This document shows positions 58,770 to 64,000 of a DNA stretch of 64,000 bases, piece by piece. The stretch's first letter is position 1, and each line of letters begins with the position of its first letter. The notes beneath the pieces were generated by a model, which was given only the letters and a program-made list of their open reading frames with translations, was not told the origin of the DNA and searched no databases. This stretch comes from Alphaproteobacteria bacterium (GTDB taxonomy: Bacteria; Pseudomonadota; Alphaproteobacteria; MPNO01). Made by a program: the position numbers and the translations under genes. The stretch is from contig CBDFLJ010000001.1 in assembly GCA_965248835.1 (NCBI GenBank), positions 1,408,001 to 1,472,000 on the forward strand. The letters run 5' to 3'.

Positions 58770-60584
58770 ATGGGCCGGAGCCATCGAATCGATTGGGCGG
58801 ATAGGCCGCGCGGCGCGACCGGCGCGTTGCGCGGGATTCTGCCCTATTTGGCAGCCTACAGGCTGCGCATCGCGGGCGCGGCCTGCGCGCTGACCGTCGC
58901 CGCGGCAACGGTGCTGGTGCTGGGCCAGGGGTTGCGGGCGCTTGTCGATGACGGTTTCGGCGGCGGTGACGCCGCCCTGCTCGACCGAGCCCTGGTCGGG
59001 CTGTTCGCGATCATTGCGCTGCTGGCGGGTGCGACCTATGGGCGGTTCTACCTGGTCTCCTGGGTCGGCGAGAAGGTGGTCGCCGACATCCGGCGCGACG
59101 TCTACCGCCGCGTGCTCGCGCTCAGCCCCGCGTTCTTCGAGGTCACCAAGGTGGGCGAGATCCTGTCCCGGCTGACCACCGATACCGCCACTGTGCAGGT
59201 CGTCGTCGGCTCTTCGATCTCGATCGCACTGCGCAACGTGCTGCTGTTCGCCGGCGGCACCGTGATGCTGGTCGTCACCAGCCCGCGGCTGGCCGGGCTG
59301 GTGGTGCTGATCGTCCCCGTGGTGGTGGTCCCGATCGTCTTTTTCGGGCGCCGCGTGCGCCGGCTGTCACGGACGAGCCAGGACCGCATCGCCGACCTCT
59401 CGGCCCATGGCGAGGAGACGTTGAACGCCATCCGCACCGTCCAGGCCTTCGGCCACGAGCCGGTCGACCGGCGCCGCTTCCAGGATCGGGTCGACGCGGC
59501 GCTTGCCGCGGCGCTTCGCCGCATCGCGGTGCGCGGCGCCCTGACCGCGTTCGTCGTGCTGACAGTGTTCAGCGCGATCGGGGTGATTCTGTGGATCGGC
59601 GGGCATGACGTGATGGCGGGCCGGCTGTCGGCCGGTGAGCTGTCGGCCTTCGTGTTCTATTCCGTCGTCGTCGCCGGGTCGGTCGGCGCGGTCAGCGAGG
59701 TTATCGGCGACATCCAGCGCGCGGCCGGCGCGACGGAGCGGCTGCTGGAACTGATCCGCGTCGAACCCGAGATTTCCGCCAAGCCCGACCCCGTAGCGCT
59801 GCCCGAGCCCGCCTCGGGGACCATTGCGTTCGAGGCGGTGAGATTCAGCTATCCGGCGCGCCTCGACCTGCCGGCGCTCGCCGACATCGATCTTTCGGTC
59901 GCCGCGGGCGAACGGGTTGCCCTGGTCGGGCCGTCGGGCGCCGGCAAGTCGACCGTCTTTCAGCTCTTGCTTCGGTTCTACGACCCGCAGTCGGGATCGA
60001 TCCGGATCGACGGGGTGGACTTGCGTGATGCCGATCCGGGTCAAATCCGCGAGCGCATCGGTCTGGTCCCGCAGGACCCGTTCATCTTCTCCGCCGATGC
60101 CTGGGAGAATATCGGCTACGGCCGGCCCGGGGCGAGCAAGGCGGATGTCCGCGCGGCCGCCGAGGCTGCGGCCGCGGCGGAGTTCCTCGATGCCCTGCCC
60201 GACGGGTTCGCGACGTTTCTGGGCGAGAAGGGCGTCCGGCTGTCCGGCGGGCAGCGCCAGCGCATCGCGATCGCGCGCGCGGTGCTGCGCGATCCCGCGA
60301 TCCTGCTGCTGGATGAGGCGACCAGCGCGCTGGACTCCGAAAGCGAGCGGCTGGTCCAGCAAGCGCTGCGCCGGCTGATGGCCGGTCGCACCTCGGTGGT
60401 GATCGCCCACCGGCTGTCGACCGTACAGGAGGCCGACCGGATCATCGTGCTCGACGGCGGGCGCATCCTGGCGACCGGCAGCCACGCAACCCTGATCGCG
60501 GAGGGCGGCCTCTATGCCCGGCTCGCCGCATTGCAGTTCGGCGGCCTCGGGGCGCCCGAGCCGTCCCGGCTCAGCGCTGTGTGA
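58770..60584 (+). CDS. ABC exporter, fused permease/ATPase (MsbA-like)
   Basis: Six-TM domain, [45 protein letters not shown] and IAHRLST. Confidence 0.93.
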   Translation: MGRSHRIDWADRPRGATGALRGILPYLAAYRLRIAGAACALTVAAATVLVLGQGLRALVDDGFGGGDAALLDRALVGLFAIIALLAGATYGRFYLVSWVGEKVVADIRRDVYRRVLALSPAFFEVTKVGEILSRLTTDTATVQVVVGSSISIALRNVLLFAGGTVMLVVTSPRLAGLVVLIVPVVVVPIVFFGRRVRRLSRTSQDRIADLSAHGEETLNAIRTVQAFGHEPVDRRRFQDRVDAALAAALRRIAVRGALTAFVVLTVFSAIGVILWIGGHDVMAGRLSAGELSAFVFYSVVVAGSVGAVSEVIGDIQRAAGATERLLELIRVEPEISAKPDPVALPEPASGTIAFEAVRFSYPARLDLPALADIDLSVAAGERVALVGPSGAGKSTVFQLLLRFYDPQSGSIRIDGVDLRDADPGQIRERIGLVPQDPFIFSADAWENIGYGRPGASKADVRAAAEAAAAAEFLDALPDGFATFLGEKGVRLSGGQRQRIAIARAVLRDPAILLLDEATSALDSESERLVQQALRRLMAGRTSVVIAHRLSTVQEADRIIVLDGGRILATGSHATLIAEGGLYARLAALQFGGLGAPEPSRLSAV

Positions 60585-62016
60585 GCTTGAACTCGATTCG
60601 GCGGTTGAGCCGGAAGGCCCGGACGGTGTTGCTCCGGTCCAACGGCTGAAACTCGCCGAACCCGGTCGCGGCCAGCCGGTTGGGCGGCAGGCCGAGTTCG
60701 ATGAGCAACTTCACGACCGAGACCGCGCGCGCGGTCGACAGCTCCCAGTTCGATGGAAAGCTCGGAGTCGAGATCGGCAACCGGTCGGTATGCCCGTCCA
60801 CGCGCAGCACCCAGTTGAGGTCTTTGGGGATGCGCCCGGACAGTTCGATCAGCGTCCGGGCGAGCTGGCTGATCTGGCTGCGCCCCGATTGCTGCAGCGT
60901 CGCGGTTCCCGAGGGGAACAGGACCTCGGACTGGAAGACGAACCGGTCGCCCACGATGGTGATGTCCCGGCGGTTGCCGAGCGTCTGGCGCAGCCGGCCG
61001 AAGAACTCCGAGCGGAAGCTGGCGAGCTCCTGGACCTTTCTGGCCAACGCCGCGTTGAGGCGCTTCGACAGATTGACGATCTGAACGTTCTGCTGCTTCG
61101 ACTCGGCCTCGGAGGCTTCGAGTGCCGCGGCGATAAGGGTGAGTTGCTGGCGCAGGGCCGCGATCTGGAGATTGAGCAGACGCACCTCGTCGCGCGCCTT
61201 CTCGGACAGGGCCTGTTCTTCGACCAGCGCGGTTTCGGTCTCGCCGGCGCGCCCGAGCAGCGCCGCCAGCCGGATGTCCTTCTCTTCGATGGTCTTCTGG
61301 GCGAGCAAGGTGCGTTCGCGTTCGGAGGCGAGCTCGGCAGCGAGCGCCTTCGATCGGTCGCGCAGCGCGCCCACCTCCTCGGCTCGGTCCTGAAGGCTTG
61401 CCGCCTGCGCGGCGACCTTCTGCTCCAGCGCCTTGCGCACCGCGCTCAGCGCCTCGATGTCGCGCTCCAGGCTGGCGATCCGGCGAAGCTGGAGCTCGAT
61501 CCTGTCCTTGTCCGCGGCGATCGTCTTGTAGGCGTCCTCGAGCTCCCTGGCGGTGGCGGCCGACGTCCTGCTGGCCTCTTCGACGGCCAGCTTGAGCGCG
61601 TCGCGCTCGGCCTCGCGCTTGGCCAGAAGGCTGGAGAACGTCTCCACCTCCTTGGCCCGCTCGCTCAGCATCGCCTGCAGCATGTCCCGTTCGGGCATCA
61701 GCTCGGCGAGCTGGCTCGACAGCCGGTCGCGCTCGGCGGTCGTGGTCTCGAGCCGGATCGAAACCTGGGACAGCTTGTCCCTCAGATCGGTGTTTGTGGT
61801 CTGCTCGATCGACAGCATCTCGGCGAGCTGGTTGACTTGGCGGTTGAGCCGTTCGAGCGCCGCATCCCGCCCGCTCAGGATCTCGTTCAGCAAAAACTGT
61901 GCGATCGTGAAGACCATCAGGAGGAAGATGACGATGATCAGCAGCGCCGAGAGCGCGTCCACGAAGCCCGGCCAGATATCCGAACCGGCGCGTTGTCTTC
62001 GGCTGGCGGCAGGCAT
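60571..62016 (-). CDS. MotB-like protein: TM, long coiled coil and OmpA peptidoglycan-binding domain
   Basis: WPGFVDAL TM with the conserved Asp, ~300-aa coiled coil, VDGHTD, NWELSTARA and NRRIE. Confidence 0.9.
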   Translation of the reverse strand: MPAASRRQRAGSDIWPGFVDALSALLIIVIFLLMVFTIAQFLLNEILSGRDAALERLNRQVNQLAEMLSIEQTTNTDLRDKLSQVSIRLETTTAERDRLSSQLAELMPERDMLQAMLSERAKEVETFSSLLAKREAERDALKLAVEEASRTSAATARELEDAYKTIAADKDRIELQLRRIASLERDIEALSAVRKALEQKVAAQAASLQDRAEEVGALRDRSKALAAELASERERTLLAQKTIEEKDIRLAALLGRAGETETALVEEQALSEKARDEVRLLNLQIAALRQQLTLIAAALEASEAESKQQNVQIVNLSKRLNAALARKVQELASFRSEFFGRLRQTLGNRRDITIVGDRFVFQSEVLFPSGTATLQQSGRSQISQLARTLIELSGRIPKDLNWVLRVDGHTDRLPISTPSFPSNWELSTARAVSVVKLLIELGLPPNRLAATGFGEFQPLDRSNTVRAFRLNRRIEFKLTQR

Positions 62017-62032
62017 CCGGGCTCGCCCCGAC

Positions 62033-63172
62033 CTAGCGGACCGATTTCTCGGCGATCGCGGCCAGGGTTCGCGACAGCACCCGGATCTCCGTGCGCAGCT
62101 CCTGGACCATCTCGGTCCGGCCGGTCGCGAGCTCTTCGTGCAGCCGGGTCATGTGCACGTCGATGTTGCGCACATGGGCGCGCAGGTTGTCGTCGTTCAG
62201 CCCGCCGCCCAGGACGCTATCGGCAAGGCGCGACAGGACCGGCTTGAGCTCGACCTGGCTCTCGACGAGCTTCCTCATCAGCCCCTGCTCGGCGCGCATC
62301 TGGTCGGTCAGCGTCGACAGATTTTCCGACAACACGGTGATGCTGTTGTTAGCCGAGATCCGGCTTTCCTCGCCGCGGTCGAGCGTCCGCTGGAGATGCT
62401 CGAGGCTGTCGGCGGTCTGTTCGAGCAGCGCCTGGACATAGGCTGGCACGGACTGGTCGCCGTCGCTGGCCAGCGCACTGCTGGCGAGCTTGGTCTGGCC
62501 GGCCAGCCAATCCTCCAGATCGTTGTAGAACCGGTTCTGCGCCTGGCCGGCCTGGAGCTCCAGGAAGCCCAGCACCAGAGAACCGGCGAGGCCGAACAGC
62601 GAGGAGCTGAAGGCGGTGCCCATGCCGACCAGCGGCTCGCGCAGGCCCCGCTTGAGATCGGTGAGCACCGAGCTCAGCTCGCCGCCGCCGACGGTGAGCC
62701 CCGAGATCACCGAGCCGACCGACGTGATGGTCTGCAAAAGCCCCCAGAAGGTCCCCAGGAGGCCGAGGAATATCAGCAGCCCGATCATGTAGCGCAAGAT
62801 GTCGCGCTGCTCGTCGAGGCGGGCCGAGATGCCGTCCAGCAGCGAGCGCAAGGCAAGCGCGGACAGGCTGAAGCGATGGTTTCGCTCGCCCAGCATCGTC
62901 GCCATCGGCGCCAGCAGGCGCGGGGCTGCCTGGACCGAGATCCCCGGCCGCCCGGTGCGGAAGTTCTCGATCCAGTTGACCTCGCGGCCCAGCATGAGGA
63001 CCTGGCGGAACCCGTAGGCGATCCCCAACACCAGCACGCCGATGATCAGGCCGTTGAGCGCCGGGTTGGCGAAGAAAGCCCGCGCGAGGTCGTCGAACAG
63101 GACGGCAACGATCACCGCGACCGCGATGACGAACAGCAGCATGCGGGTCAGGTAGTGTCTGGGGCTGGTCAT
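62033..63172 (-). CDS. MotA/TolQ/ExbB-like protein (non-flagellar)
   Basis: LIFLGLLGTFWGL and GMGTAFSSSLFGL..SL.LGFL, with a C-terminal coiled coil. Confidence 0.88.
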   Translation of the reverse strand: MTSPRHYLTRMLLFVIAVAVIVAVLFDDLARAFFANPALNGLIIGVLVLGIAYGFRQVLMLGREVNWIENFRTGRPGISVQAAPRLLAPMATMLGERNHRFSLSALALRSLLDGISARLDEQRDILRYMIGLLIFLGLLGTFWGLLQTITSVGSVISGLTVGGGELSSVLTDLKRGLREPLVGMGTAFSSSLFGLAGSLVLGFLELQAGQAQNRFYNDLEDWLAGQTKLASSALASDGDQSVPAYVQALLEQTADSLEHLQRTLDRGEESRISANNSITVLSENLSTLTDQMRAEQGLMRKLVESQVELKPVLSRLADSVLGGGLNDDNLRAHVRNIDVHMTRLHEELATGRTEMVQELRTEIRVLSRTLAAIAEKSVR

Positions 63173-63257
63173 CGCGTCGTCGTCATTCCGGGGGCAGCCA
63201 AGTCTTGGTGGCGCAAGCTCCGCGCGGCCTTGCGCGCGCAGCAACGGGGTCGGTCGC

Positions 63258-64000
63258 TCAGCGTCTGGTCACTACAACGTCCACGCGGTCCGGCGGCCCG
63301 TCCTGGTAGCGACTGCCCAGGGCCCGGATATCGATCCGCGTGCTCCGCACACCCTTGTCGATCAGATAGGAGCGGACCGACAGCGCCCGCGTGAGGGACA
63401 GGCGACGCGATTCGCGGGCAGTGCTATCGCGCCCGCCGGCATAGGCCAGGAGCTGCAGCCGGAGGCGCCCGTCGGACTTGAGGCCGTCGACGACGCGGTC
63501 GAGAGTCCGGCCCGCCCGCGTGTCGAGCTTGGAGGTGTCCGAGGCGAACCCCAGCCGGTAATGGCTGCCCGCCCCGAAGATCCTGGAGTCTTCATGGCCG
63601 CGCTTTGGCGCCGGCGGCACGGCGGCGGTGCGCATTGGCGCGGCCCTCGGCGCGCGCGCGTCCTGTTCGGGAGCCTCCCTTTTCCGGGCCGTGGCAGTCC
63701 CGAGGTCCGGGGGGGCGACCGCCGTTCGGAGCGGGGGCGCCGCCGATGCGATTGCCGCCCGCGGCGGCGGCTCCAACGGTGGCGGTGATCCGTAGATGGT
63801 CGGTTTGGGCTTGGGTTGCGGCACGGCCGCGGCGCGGTCCGCGGGCGGCGCGGGCTTGCGCTTCGGCACCGGCGGCCCGGCCCGAGGCATGCTGCCGATA
63901 GGCGGCTTGACGCGCGGCGGCCGGATGGACGACGACCGGGTCGGGGCGTGCGGCGCCTGAGGGCGGACAGTGGTGCGGACATCGACCGGCGGCGCCGCGG
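63258..64000 (-). CDS. OmpA-family protein with a Pro-rich linker (5' end outside the window)
   Basis: RLQLLAYA, RRLSLTRALSVRSYL..GV.STRI..RALG and DRVDV. Confidence 0.82.
   Translation of the reverse strand, partial: AAPPVDVRTTVRPQAPHAPTRSSSIRPPRVKPPIGSMPRAGPPVPKRKPAPPADRAAAVPQPKPKPTIYGSPPPLEPPPRAAIASAAPPLRTAVAPPDLGTATARKREAPEQDARAPRAAPMRTAAVPPAPKRGHEDSRIFGAGSHYRLGFASDTSKLDTRAGRTLDRVVDGLKSDGRLRLQLLAYAGGRDSTARESRRLSLTRALSVRSYLIDKGVRSTRIDIRALGSRYQDGPPDRVDVVVTRR

Noticed and set aside
60571-63172. Zorya (ZorAB) anti-phage system
   Set aside because: No ZorC/D/E helicase or nuclease nearby, and the context is housekeeping (rpmE, ABC exporter).
1-64000. CRISPR arrays, tRNA/rRNA genes, IS elements, selenocysteine or frameshift recoding
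   Set aside because: Intergenic gaps are short (mostly under 250 bp). I saw no spaced direct repeats, cloverleafs, transposases or genes broken by an internal stop.

Overview
High-GC window from an alphaproteobacterium; gene order suggests Rhodospirillales or a relative, but that is inference. Two housekeeping blocks flank a ~31 kb catabolic region (about 19.0-50.4 kb) with no regulator, integrase or tRNA. The left block is comF-grxC-nitrilase-DUF1178, ubiG/lysC-ptsP-rodZ-hisS-hemA-prfA-prmC-DUF4167-clpB. The right block is purKE, DUF465 x2, pfk, prpE, DUF1013, rpmE, an ABC exporter and a MotA/MotB/OmpA-like trio. The central region holds four modules: (i) a hydroxycinnamoyl-CoA hydratase/lyase module with a TTT transporter; (ii) a four-gene amidohydrolase/aldolase operon; (iii) an HP0310-like deacetylase + CxxC protein + CobW module; (iv) the best candidate for an undescribed system. 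Module (iv) is an ATP-dependent hydantoinase A/B pair whose B subunit has an N-terminal Rad52/Rad22-like domain. It is followed by an 830-aa flotillin with an internal 142-aa duplication and an ABC ATPase separated from its permeases. Dihydropyrimidinase, a ureidopropionase-like enzyme and three unknown membrane proteins (two are paralogs) lie alongside. A divergent glutamyl-tRNA reductase and the absence of ispG from its usual site also stand out. I saw no RNA genes, CRISPR arrays or mobile elements. All calls come from motif recognition by eye; no searches were run.
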